A DNA stretch of 63,426 nucleotides, counting the filler, from Reticulomyxa filosa (taxonomy: Eukaryota; Protista; Foraminifera): assembly GCA_000512085.1 (NCBI GenBank). It is 18 parts of 18 records of this genome, joined end to end, with 100 filler letters (N's around TTAATTAATTAA, not from the genome) between each part and the next. Parts side by side here need not be neighbours in the genome. Positions count along the whole stretch, not along the records: positions 47,902 to 53,938 come from ASPP01006744.1; positions 54,039 to 57,413 come from ASPP01008849.1; positions 57,514 to 61,950 come from ASPP01011749.1; positions 62,051 to 63,426 come from ASPP01015745.1; 14 more parts are not named here. The stretch is one strand, 5' to 3'. Positions within the stretch are counted from its first letter, which is position 1, and each line of letters starts with the position of its first letter. The position numbers and the translations under genes were made by a program. The notes under the pieces were generated by a model. That model ran no database searches and was not told the DNA's origin. It saw only the letters and a list, made by a program, of their open reading frames with translations. Below, piece after piece: positions 51,212 to 63,287 of the stretch.

Positions 51212-52898
51212 TCATCCGGTCTTTTCTTTAGTGAAATGGTAAGGATGTTTGTCTCCAGGACAAAAAGCGTTAAAGAAAGCAAAACCGTACTGTTGAATTT
51301 GTGGAGGGACTCGGAAGTGCTGCCCGGACTGAAAGACATTGCACACCCCTCCATTGTGGACCATCAAGAACTCAATGACACGATTCAACATCGTCCATTC
51401 GACTTGAAAGTCGCGACGAAACCAGGGCTGCCTTTGCATAGGCAATTTCGGATCCAGAACGATACTGCTTTCGGGTAACTTCAAGCCAACGTAATTGAAT
51501 TGCGTGTCCCAAAATGTCATCCCTACCAATGTCGGCATCTCCAAGTTGCTGGCCCAGGGCGTCGCATTGGCGGGCATGAGCTCGATTACAAACGAGCCGT
51601 TTTGTCTCATCCAAACTGCGTCTTGCAGATGTGCTCCGTGGATGCCGACGATCATGTCGAGGATCCGATGTTGCACTACTACGTCTTGTGAGTGCATGTA
51701 ATCCTCCAAAAATATCGTGTCGCATGCTATGTGCAATGGATTATACTTGGTGTTGCATTCGCGAAGGATTGACTCCAAATTTGTCCACCGCCTCCGAACT
51801 TTGCGTTGGTAAAAGCCAATTATTTTCCATCTGTTCAAAATCGGAGCCATCTGGAAAATGGAATTATCAGAAAATGGAGGCACTCCGTTTCTGCCCTTTG
51901 GAGCTAGTATGTTCAAATTTTGGAGCCTCTGCCATTTGTACTCCAAAGTACGTCGCTGCAGGTGGATATCAACACTATCGACCCATTCATTAAACTGCGA
52001 AATGATTTGCGGGAACAGGCGCAAGGATGAAAGCCTAGGGAGATAAGTAGGACGGAGCCAGGTGCGATTTGCAACGGAGTCAGGCTCAAGAGAAAACCCG
52101 CATAAAAACAAGCGCCGAAAGCAATTGCAGTGCAAGGACTCCATCATATCAGAGGCATGTTGCACATTGTGCAAGGTGTACTTTTCCAAAAACAAGTGAT
52201 GAAAGGTAAACAAAGGAGACTTATCTTGCATGATGACCCATAATTGAATGTCTTTTCCAAACAATTGTACTTGTTCAAAATAATAATGCATAAAACGAAT
52301 AACACGAAGAAAAAATTCACCTAACATGGTCATGTACTTTTCTTCAATCACCATATGATTTGTCACGGAGTGATACGTACACTGTATATGCTTGTACTCT
52401 TCACTCGATCGATTCCATTTTTCCAATGAAAAACTTTTGATATACTTTGTTTGAGGCTCTCACGATGGGAGAAATGTCAACCAACTGGCCTAACAGATCC
52501 CAGTGACTGTAGTTCAATGCAAACTCCTCCAATTCACTGTTCACTCGGAAGTGACCGTCGTACACACATATATCTTCCCAATGTGGACATGTGCGCAGAC
52601 TGTCTTCGAGGCCTCTTTCATCGTTTGTATACGTACTCCATTGTTCTGCATCGAACCAATCTTTTAGTTCTTTTTCTTGTTCGTCATCATTGCCATCATT
52701 ATCGTCATCTTCATCTCCTTCCTCTTTTGTCACGTCGGAACTTGTTGAAAACAAGTCAGAGTGGGATCCCGTGCTCAAAGGAGATAATAGCAGTGATGTG
52801 GAAATCGAATTAGTGCTGAACAACCAACCTACTACAAAAAATAAACAGCCTGAAATCAGAAATATTGATTTTAGATTGTTGAACTTGCAAATCCTCAT
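51212..52898 (-). CDS. GT61 glycosyltransferase (EOGT/POMGNT2-like); extra T near 52430 splits the ORF
   Basis: N-terminal anchor; QRKVRRRWTN; IVGIHGAHLQDAVWM...VIELMP. Confidence 0.8.
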
Positions 52899-53231
52899 TT
52901 AAAAAAAAATTTGTTTTTTTTAGTTCTTCCCTTCGGACTAAATACTTTTTATTTTTTTGACTATTCAAAACCTTTAAAATTTCGTTTTTAAGATGCAAAT
53001 AAACCGCAGTGATAAATTTGTTGGTATTTGTGGTTGATGGGAGCCCATAGTAGATGAAATAAAAAGATCGGATAAAACTTGTAAAATGTAATATGATCGT
53101 TCATAATTTACTGGAGAAAAGAAGAGCATAAGTATTGAGAAATGAATTATTCTGAAAAATTGGACAAGTATTTGCAAATGAGCAAGTCAAGCAGTTAGTT
53201 GAAAAAACTAGGGACGAAAAAAGTTGATGAT

Positions 53232-53833
53232 ATGTCATATCCTGTGCGAAAAAAATCGAAACAGGAAGAATCATCACTAATAGGGGCCGCACATGGAGAT
53301 CATGAAGGGGATTCAGATGATTTTGGCGGCATTTCATTGAATAAAAAAGTGGAAAACTCAAAGGATGGAAAGAGCAAGAAGACGAGCGAGAAGAGCACAA
53401 AAGAGGGATACGGAACGACAATGAAGGACGGACGTGTGCGAAAGGAGGACCACGACCCGATATGGGACAACCACTCTCGGTGTAAAATCGTGATGAGTTT
53501 GGGACTAGGGATACTGTTGGAGTTTTACTCGATGATGTTATCAGTTTACTTTCGAAGTGAAATCCACAGTGCGTTTCTGCCCAAAGGTTTTTATTACATC
53601 GAGCAGCCGCCAACATTTACATTCACAGTTTTGGAGAATCGTTTTTTTTTTTTTAAAAAAAAAAGATATATATGTATGTTTGGGGGGGGGGTGCAAAAAA
53701 AAAAAAAAAAAAAAAAGTGGTTAGTAATGCCAATCGGTGCAATTCTATTCGGAAACATTGCAGACAAATATGGTTCATCGACCTCTTTACTACTCACACT
53801 ATCAACAATGGGAACAGCAGTGTTCATTGTCGG
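53232..53833 (+). CDS. MFS transporter, MHS/ProP-like, 5' part
   Basis: LGILLEFY..., MPIGAILFGNIADKYG (motif A), LTLSTMGTAVFIVG. Confidence 0.8.
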
Positions 53834-53864
53834 TTCGTATTTCTTCAATATAAATAAATAAATA

Positions 53865-53900
<36 letters not shown>

Positions 53901-54857
53901 CGTATACGTACATATATGTACGTATACATATACATATANNNNNNNNNNNNNNNNNNNNNNNNNNNNNNNNNNNNNNNNNNNNTTAATTAATTAANNNNNN
54001 NNNNNNNNNNNNNNNNNNNNNNNNNNNNNNNNNNNNNNGGCATTTTAGGTGTCAACTTTCTTTTTTATCTTACTGTATTTTTGGTTTAAGCTCAAATAAT
54101 AAATACATTTTTATTGTCAATCTTTGACAAAAAATGATAGAAACAATAGTTTCACCACTTTCTTTCTTCAAAATGAAAGAACAATTTATCTTAACTGTAT
54201 TCAAAAATTATATTTTGTCTGTTCTTTACTAAAATAAAAAATCAATTAATAAAAATTTGTAAGTGTTTCAAGAAGATTTTTAAATATTCAGGAGGAAATT
54301 ATTTATAAGTGGTTTATTAATTTCTTCCAAAGAACCACTATCTTTGATGAAGGAAGAAAAAAACTCGGGGCACTTCAATTTATGAGATAAAAAGACGATT
54401 AATATATTTTGGATTTGGAAAAAACAATTCCAAAAGATATATTTTCGTGTAGCAAAATAATCAAACAAAAGAATAAATTGCGTGTTGTTTCAAAATTATG
54501 TCTTTAAGATAATTTCAATAATATGATTGAATTAGGATACCTCAATTCTGAACATCTTTTAATCGTTCATATTCGGTTTCAAGAAAAGATGTCATTTTTA
54601 ATCATGCACAAAAACATGAGCTAGGATATATTAAAATCCTTAATCTCTTTATGTTTAAAAAAGCACAATAAAATGAATAACGTAAATAATAACTCATTGT
54701 CGTTGATTATTTTACAAAACGTAACAATTAGTTCACATTTCATCACAAATTGCTTTTCTCTTAGTTCTTGAGAACACTTTCATTCATCTTAAAAAAAAAG
54801 TTCAAACATTTTTTTTTCATCTTTCATCATCATCAAAGATTAGTCCAAGTTAAAAGG

Positions 54858-56274
54858 ATGACAACTCTTGGAAATGAAAAAGAAACTTTACCACAACGAG
54901 TACTAGTAAGTTTCCTTCGGTCTTTCATAATAGAATTAGTTCTCTTTATGTTTTTATTGCATTTATTATTATTTATTGCACGTTATTTGTGTTAAAATCA
55001 GTCAGAAGAAGAAAACATTGAAATTATTATTCGACATTGGATTCGAGTATCACGCATTAGACTTGGATGGTTGCATGATTTTGACAAACTTGTTGTCAAT
55101 TATGTTATGTTTTTTTGTTTTTCTTTCAATCACAAATAAAGCATAAAATTTATTATTATTATTTAATACAGGCAACCAAATTCTTCATGTTTAATTCGTT
55201 TAGTTCAAAATCTAGATTACTTAATACATTCAATGGACATGCTGGTTGGGTGCGGAGTATTGATTATTCAACATTTGATGGTGGTCAATTCATTTGTTCT
55301 GGATCAAATGATAAAACAGTTCGTGTATGTGATATTGATAATAACAAACAAATTCAATCGTTCAATGGACATTCATCTTATGTGTCTTGTGTGAAATTTT
55401 CACAATATCATCTTCAAGATGTCATTTGTTCTTCATCTGGAGACAATACCATTCGTTTTTGGGATTTCAAACATAATCAACAATTACAATTATTCAAAGA
55501 ACACACTGATACTGTTAATGGAATTGAATTCTCACCATTTAATGGTGGTAGATATTTGTGTTCTGGATCTGATGACGAAACTATTTGTTTATGGGATGTT
55601 GAAACATCAAAATCATTATATGTTTTAGATGGACATGAAGATGGTGTTTGGTGTGTTGATATTTCACCATTGCAAAGTGATAACAAAAATGATAACAATA
55701 AAATTAATAATATTGGTGTGATTGGTGGTAATGTATACACAATTTGTTCTGGATCATATGATACAACCATTCGTATATGGGATATTGAAACACCAAACAA
55801 TTCATTGTCTTCAAAGGACATTATTATTCAGTTTATAGTGTAAAATATGGATCAAATGAATTAGGAAATATTGGTTGTGCAAATACAATATTATCTGGAT
55901 CATTTGATTTCAGTGTTCGTTTGTGGGATATTCGATCTGGTCGACAAATTCAAGCGTTTAATGGACATACAGATGAAGTATTTTCTGTTGAATATTCACC
56001 ATTTGTAATAAAGAATGGTAATGATGTTGGTGGTAATTCAAATGTGATATGTTCTGGATCAGGTGATAATACAATTCGATTTTGGGATATTCGATCAAAT
56101 AAGAATGAATTGTATGTGATCAAAGGATATAATGAAGAGGACGATGGAATAAAAAGTCTTAAATTTGTATCATTGAAAAAGAAAGTAAAAAACAATGAAC
56201 AAAAATCAAATGATGATTGTGGTATTCATTTATGTTATGGTTCATACAGTGGTCGAATTTGTGTTTGGGGATGA
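54858..56274 (+). CDS. WD40-repeat protein with an N-terminal 34-aa module exon; 1-nt deletion near 55792 (error or pseudogene)
   Basis: Repeated FNGH...CSGS.D.TIR.WD; module exon at 55002-55103. Confidence 0.9.
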
Positions 56275-57603
56275 ACACATCAAATGTTTTTTTTAATTTA
56301 CTATGATTTTTTGATGATTGAAAAATTAAAATCAAGACAACTTTATATGCCTTTGAAATCACACAATATCCAAACATTCCATGTAATTTAATAATATACT
56401 GAATTTGAGTAGAAAATGAATGATGGATTATTTCTTTTGAAAAAAAGTTTTCATGATATATTAAGATTTTTTATGAGAATAAATATATATTGCACGTTAT
56501 GTACGTGTCGTTCTTGAAATAAATTTTGAAAATGATGATTATTCTACAGTAGGTTGCATAAAAAACTGAACACCTAAAATCCACCTTATGAAGATTATTG
56601 ATTTTCTCCATGAAAAACAGACTTTTCATCCTAATTTTTTTAAAAAAGATATGAAAAGTACTTAAGTATCTTTGAATGCTTGGCACCCATTAGCTATTGC
56701 ATTACAGACTGCCTGCTCGATGCAACCAATTATTTGTACTCATATTGCCGATTCAGTATCTGAAGGGATCCATAAAATCAGTGTCGAGCCACACTGTACG
56801 CGTTTGCATTAAATGCGAGTCACCGTGAATTTGAATTGATGAATCGACTGGGCATATTTAGCGCTATCAAAATTTTGTTGGAAGCAAGCAAACTGTCATC
56901 GAAAAGCGAAGAGATTACAGAAACGAAAAATACATTTATGCGACATCGGCATGGACGTTACTGAATGTTGGCCTCAACAATTATGTCAGTTCGACAAGGC
57001 CAACAGGCAGCGCAGCAAAAGGGTCTTAATGTAATTACATTATGAACATCAAAATTGAAGTTGTTATTATAATCACAAAGCATTACATTTTGTAATAAAA
57101 ATAAAAAGATTATATCTTCATCTTAAGATACAAAAATTCCTGAAACAAATAAAGTCAAATATTTGTGATTAATAATAGATTCACATACAAAGAACATGTT
57201 AATTATGTATATGAAAAACCTTCAAGAAAAATAATATATGTGGCATTTTTGTGTTCTTATAAATGAATTAAACTAGTTTAAAAGTTTACAACTTGCTTTA
57301 CAAAATAATAATTAGAATATGCATTTGCATTCTGTAATGGCGTTGTTGAGTCGCATAAGAAAAAATTGGAAAAAATTCAACGAATTGCAATATGCAGCCC
57401 TGAAATATATGTTNNNNNNNNNNNNNNNNNNNNNNNNNNNNNNNNNNNNNNNNNNNNTTAATTAATTAANNNNNNNNNNNNNNNNNNNNNNNNNNNNNNN
57501 NNNNNNNNNNNNNGTTTGCAACACAAAATGAAGGATATAAGGGACACTATAAATCCAATATATATGCATACGTATACTCTTTTTTAAAAAAAAAAACAAA
57601 TAC

Positions 57604-59254
57604 CTTTTGCCAAATAAGCCATAAAAGCTTCAAATGCTTTAACATGTTTCAAAACCATTTTCAAAGAAATATCATTTTTGCTAGTTTGACGATGTTCCTC
57701 AAGTTCGATATTGGATTGGAGAGGAGAAAGCGGCAGCTTTGATAACAAAGGCAATTTGATGCTCTCTCTGCCGCGATCACTTAGGGGTGACACATCGGCC
57801 TTTTGTGAAATATCCATGGTGTCATAGCCATGACTGTGCAAACGGGGCGACAAAGGCATGTCCCCAATATGGCCGCAGCCGTTCGCCATTTCCATAGTGA
57901 CGGTTTGAATTGGCGACAATGGCGAGGTTTGATCGTCATGGTGAATGGGATCACTCGACATTTCGATCAGCATGTCTTCAAATTTTTGTTCTTGACTTTT
58001 GTGGAAAGACTTTACCTTTATCAGACTCTCTACACTTTCTGTGTGCATCAAAGGTTGGATTCGAATCAACACCCAATAAGTGGTTATCATCGAGCCAATG
58101 AAATTGCCTTTTTTTTTTTTTAAAAAAAAAGCTAGAGAAGAGGGAGAGAAAAAGGAGGGAAAGAAGGGTATATATGTACAAATGCATATTAATATAAATA
58201 TATAAATACATATATGTATATGTATATATGTATAAATAATATGCATATATAATATACTAATATACTAATATACTAATATACTAATATACTAATATACGAA
58301 TAAAATAAAAGTATACGGAAATATTCTAACCGAGGCCGACACTATTGAACAAAAGCACGTCCAAAATGAACTCCAAATTGGTTTTTGCGGTTCCTTCCAT
58401 TTGGAATTTGTAATGAAGCATAGACACGAGAAAATAGATGGACAAGTCGACCAAAACAATGGACGTGAATAGTTTCATTTCAGTGCGCACCAAAAAGGCG
58501 TCGTGAAACACAGGCGTGTTGATCATGATGACAACCAAGCCGATTTCTGGAATGCCAAAGAGACCCAAGGTCATGAGTGCCAAAAAGAGACCCCACTGTT
58601 TGGATTGTTTCGATTGATCCACCTCATTTTCGGGCATATCATGGCCAATCGTTGACACCTTCTCCGTCCCTAGCGTCGGTATTAGCAGTACTATGAACGT
58701 CACTAGCAGCATTGTGCACACCACGTTGCGCACAAACCGGCTGTTTCCGAGCGTCTTCTTGTGTCGAATGAAGAAATTCGTTGTCAGTGTGGTTGGGTTC
58801 AACAACTTGTGCCACTCCATATTTATCATTGACACCGTCCTTTTTTTCGCAATATTTGTGTCACACTTCAAAACTTAAAAAAAAAAAAATAAATACATAA
58901 ATAAAATACATCAGAAACATACCAGTTGATATCAAACGACAACAATGTAAACCGCCATACACATACGTACATAGCACAAAAGTGAATAAATATAGCCGCG
59001 TGATATGTCCAATGATATGAATATCCCACGTCGATTGTAATCGCACCCAACAGAAATGTATACAGAAAAAAACTTATCACTAATGTAATATTCGTCAATA
59101 AGGACAAGTTCACTCGTCTTTTGTGTAAAATAATGTCTGACCGTGCCAAGTATAAACGATAAGTCCAGTACACTGAAACTACTGCATAGACTGCAAATAC
59201 AAACATTGATATCATCCCTACAACTGTTCGAAAGTTATTAAACGAGTTTGACAT
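57604..59254 (-). CDS. 7TM-RGS protein (RGS box cut by the contig end)
   Basis: About seven hydrophobic segments, HDAFLVRTEMK loop motif, then ISLKMVLKHVKAFEAFMAYLAK, typical of the first RGS helices. Confidence 0.8.
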
Positions 59255-59646
59255 GCCTTTGTTGTTTGGCACTCCAAATAGTTTGTTGAAATAAGTGGAA
59301 TGCACAAAAAAAACAAAATGTTAGGAAGAAAAAAATAGAAAAAAATATTCGGCAACACCAGGATGAGATCTAAATTGTTCACAAGGAACTCGCACAAACA
59401 TACCACTAAACTAAAACAGCATTTTTTTCAGACAGTAAAAATATATTCAGCCCGCATCCTATTGAGATGAAAAGTGTTGTTGAAACTGGTTTCTTTTGTG
59501 TTGTTTTATTTGTCGCTCCTCTTTAAAACTTGGTGTGACGAAACTCATTTTTTAAAAAAAAGAGAAAGATTGGCAATTGTGAGATTGAAAATTAAAAAAT
59601 TTGTTGCATGAAATTGTATCGTAGAAATGATTATGTTTTGAAAAAG

Positions 59647-60244
59647 TTAACAAATAGCTACGAATTCAAGCAAAGTATACACGTACAATGGAGCTAGATA
59701 AACAATGATCGATGTAATCACATATAAGGAGCTAACAAACTTCCTAATCGAATAGCATTTTTGCCTTGACTCTTCTAATCCACGTCTTCCTCTCAAGTAC
59801 AGCATAGCATCGGCGTATGTTTCAGGAACGACTTGCCGCAAAGAGGATTTCGGAGCAATATAAGTGAAGGAAAAGATATTTGTGAATTTTTCTTTGAGGT
59901 CGCATCGGAACGCCCCTTCCTCTTTTTGATTTTCGCGAGGGGGTTCGAGGATGTGCGTCCTCACGACAATTTGCATGGCATGTTTTTTCCCGCTGCCACT
60001 ATCAGTGCAGCACACGTACCCTTCATGACGAATGATGGATCCGATGCTCACTGGATACTCGAACGTGATCTCATCGGAGCTCGCAAAAATGGTCGACATT
60101 GTTCTCCAGCGAATTTGAACGCACAAGCGCGACTCAGTTCATATGCTCCACGCATCAAATATCCACCAAAAATTTTACCTATATATAAATATGTATTATA
60201 TATTATCGCATATACATAATATGCAAGGGAGGGGGGGGGGGGGG

Positions 60245-60279
<35 letters not shown>

Positions 60280-60988
60280 TAGAAATTTCTCACACTACGT
60301 ATACCATTCTGATTCAACTCTTGAGGTTGGCACATGGTAGTATGTTCAACGCGAGTGCCTTGTAAGGGACAATACAAATGCGACTGTGCATGAGGGTCAA
60401 TGGTTTTATCGATGGACTGTTTCTTCCACAGGTCGTGGATAATCTGCGACTCCTCGGATGTCGGCTTGGTGGCAGTCAATAGGGCGGACTGGTGTTTCTT
60501 TCGCAGTTCGCTTTGGAACTCGCCTCGCACGAACATCTGCTTTTCTTGCTCTGTGTCCAATATCAATGGATTGATAGGCGTGGGCTTGTTGGTGAAAGAA
60601 TCCATGCATACCATCACGAAATTCGCCGTACATATGTTTTGCTGCGTCTTTTTCTCAGATACTGTGATCATGACGATACACGAGGTCCTCCCCACATATG
60701 ATATGCAACCTGTCATCGCCAGATTCTTCGTCATCGGAAAACGACGCATCAAATCTATGCGATCCACCGAGGCGGTGACAAAATACAGCGGATAATTATC
60801 TGCGCTTTGCGTATGCAATTGCGCCACATTCCCTGCAAGCGCGTCCATGTCCTCCAATATCTTTTCAAATCGTATTCCGCCATCGAATCGGATATATTCA
60901 TTTCGCAATGCTGCATCTGTTGCAAAATCATACGATAATACCAACGTTGAATACCATGGCGGCTTGCTCACCAATTCTGCTCTTTCTA

Positions 60989-61039
<51 letters not shown>

Positions 61040-61377
61040 AAAGATAAAACTTGCTGTGAGGTAGGTATTAACAATACATTTGCAATGTACGACAAAATAC
61101 AAAAATTTGAAAACAAAACATGACTGGGACGATTGTTTGGATCGATTTCTGGTGTTATCTTGATCAAGTTATTCCTTAGGTCCCATAGGAAACTTGTCAC
61201 ACGTGTTCTTTCTTTATACACTGTGTTAAAGTCGATCGCGGCAGGCTCCAGTGCTGTGTCTGGCTCTTCTCCGTTATGAAACGATCTTGTGTAATGAGTT
61301 GAATATAAAATTGGTCTCCAACTTAGAGGATTGGACCAACTCTTCTGAAATGTCCTCCTTGCAAGAAGACTTCGCAT
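59647..61377 (-). CDS. ACOT9: Mitochondrial double-hotdog acyl-CoA thioesterase (ACOT9-like); missing T near 60087
   Basis: RFEKILEDMDALAG, VTASVDRI, YVGRTS, CQPQELNQNG|KIFGGYLMRGAYE, VVPETYADAMLYLRGRR. Confidence 0.92.
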
Positions 61378-61664
61378 TTCCAAATAATATGAAATATCAC
61401 AAATAAAAATTTTGAAACTACCACCTCGTTTCTTCGACCATACTTATTTAAGTGCCGTTAATAGTTTCGACAAAAGCATTGTGGCGCTTATTTTAATATT
61501 GTGAACAACTAAGTCTTCACGGAATCAGTTATTGTCTGAACAAATGTTAGAATTGTTTCATTACAATGAAAACATAGAAAGTGTAATACGAAATTTTGTC
61601 AAAAAAGATTCTTTTTTTGGGCCAGTATTAATTTTCACTTGTTTGGCCCTTGGTCGTGCAGTTA

Positions 61665-61930
61665 ATGGCGTCTTTAAAGAAAAAACCCTCACTTGGAACA
61701 AGACTCAAAAATAAATTGACGTCTATTTTTCACAAAGATGAAAGCAATCAAGATAAATCTCGCGACACGAGCAACGTACTCCAATCTCACGACACTCGTA
61801 CCGACCACAGTGAGGAAGCAAAGCTGAGTCAAGGTCAAAGCCAAGACCAACATCAGATCCACCACACAATGAAAAACACCACGTCAACGATGCCACCAGT
61901 TTTGAAAGAAGCAGAGTTGGCACTTACAAC
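61665..61930 (+). CDS. Hypothetical protein, 5' fragment
   Basis: MASLKKKPSLGTRLKNKLTSIFHKD..., open to the contig end. Confidence 0.5.
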
Positions 61931-62050
61931 AAAAAAAAAAAAAAAAAAAGNNNNNNNNNNNNNNNNNNNNNNNNNNNNNNNNNNNNNNNNNNNNTTAATT
62001 AATTAANNNNNNNNNNNNNNNNNNNNNNNNNNNNNNNNNNNNNNNNNNNN

Positions 62051-62253
62051 TCACACAGGGAGGTCTCGTCGTGAGTTCCGGCATGGTGAGCTGCCGTCAG
62101 TTGCAGAGCCTGCAAGGAACCCGGCGTGGCAAAGCTATGAGTCTCTTGCGCTTGCCCCTGACAACCAAGCAGTACGCCAAACGCAAACACCAGACACCAT
62201 GTCGCCACTAACAGGCGACATAGTTGCCGGGTTTTTGTTTGGGTGAGGCGCAT
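62051..62253 (-). CDS. Exported His/Cys-containing hypothetical protein, 3' truncated
   Basis: Signal-like RLLVATWCLVFAFGVLLGC; HHAGTHDETSLC; lies in the copper cluster. Confidence 0.55.
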
Positions 62254-62342
62254 GATGACAGGCTCCTGAATGATCAATGGCACTATAGACCGCTGCTCGT
62301 AAATCGGGCTTGATGACGGTCAATCACGCATTAGCGGCGTAA

Positions 62343-62837
62343 TCAGTTTTTCTTGGCCCGCAGGTTTACCGCATCTTGCTGGGCGCGTATCTCGGCTGGC
62401 CATTGGCTTTTTATCCACGACAGCGCGGCGACAATGTCGGCATCACTCAGTTTGCCCTCGTAAACTGGCATGGCGGATTGGTAATCCGGCATTTTGGCCA
62501 CCTTGGCAATACCGTATTTGGTGATGGCAAACAGCATGTCGTCCGGGTGGTGCCAGGTATGCCCGGTTTCGTTGTGGGGCGGCGCCGGCAACATGCCCTG
62601 TGCATTACGTTCGCGCCAGTGGGCTTGCCCTTCCAGCTTGCTACCGTGGCAGCTGGCGCAATTGGCCAGGTAAACCTGCTGGCCGCGCACAATCAGGGCG
62701 GCATCGTCCGGACGCAGCGTGAGCGATGTCGGCCCGGGGGTCGTGGCGGTATACCAATAAAACCCCAAGCCTGCGGCAAACAGGCCGGCTACGGCGGTGG
62801 CAACAATGATGTTTCGTCTGCGATTGAGTGACGGCAT
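62343..62837 (-). CDS. Monoheme cytochrome c
   Basis: CASCH, PAPPHNETGHTWHHPD, distal Met in SAMP. Confidence 0.95.
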   Translation of the reverse strand: MPSLNRRRNIIVATAVAGLFAAGLGFYWYTATTPGPTSLTLRPDDAALIVRGQQVYLANCASCHGSKLEGQAHWRERNAQGMLPAPPHNETGHTWHHPDDMLFAITKYGIAKVAKMPDYQSAMPVYEGKLSDADIVAALSWIKSQWPAEIRAQQDAVNLRAKKN

Positions 62838-62865
62838 GCTTCACGGTCGACAAAAAAGTGGATGG

Positions 62866-62894
62866 ATCATGGCCAGGTTTCAGCTGGCCATGAT
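62866..62894 (-). terminator. Intergenic hairpin after cusF
   Basis: ATCATGGCCAG-N7-CTGGCCATGAT, with a T6 run about 8 nt downstream on the minus strand. Confidence 0.55.
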
Positions 62895-62896
62895 GG

Positions 62897-63226
62897 TCAG
62901 TTGGCGGGCTGAATATCGGTGACCAGCATCTTGCCATCTTCATGGCTGACCATGAAACGGATTTTGTCACCGACCTTGACCTGATCCAGTAGTGCCTTGT
63001 CCTTGGCGGTAAACACCATGGTCATGCCAGGCATGTCCATATGTACGATTGGACCGTGCTTGATGGTGATCTTGCCGGCGGATGGGTCGATCTTGCGGAC
63101 CTCACCATCGGTCAGCATCGCCATATTGCTACTGGTGGTAGCAACCGGCGTCTGAGTGGCTTGGGCAAAGGGGCTCAGGGCGGTCAACCCCATGGCGGTG
63201 GCGAGAATCAGTGTGCGGATAGTCAT
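62897..63226 (-). CDS. cusF: CusF-family periplasmic Cu/Ag chaperone
   Basis: GEVRKID..GKITIKHGPI..MDMPGMTMVF...VKVGDKIRF. Confidence 0.93.
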   Translation of the reverse strand: MTIRTLILATAMGLTALSPFAQATQTPVATTSSNMAMLTDGEVRKIDPSAGKITIKHGPIVHMDMPGMTMVFTAKDKALLDQVKVGDKIRFMVSHEDGKMLVTDIQPAN

Positions 63227-63287
63227 CGTGTCATGCTCCTGAAGAATGAAAACGGTGGCTAGCCATCAGGCCAGCCACGGTGCGGCG

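Noticed and set aside
2253-62050. Regularly recurring TTAATTAATTAA as a CRISPR-like or biological repeat
   Set aside because: It is always centred in N runs, so it is an artificial linker. ORFs running through it and gene adjacency across it are meaningless.
62376-63262. Overlapping alternative ORFs in the GC-rich contig
   Set aside because: Shadow ORFs of cytochrome c and cusF.
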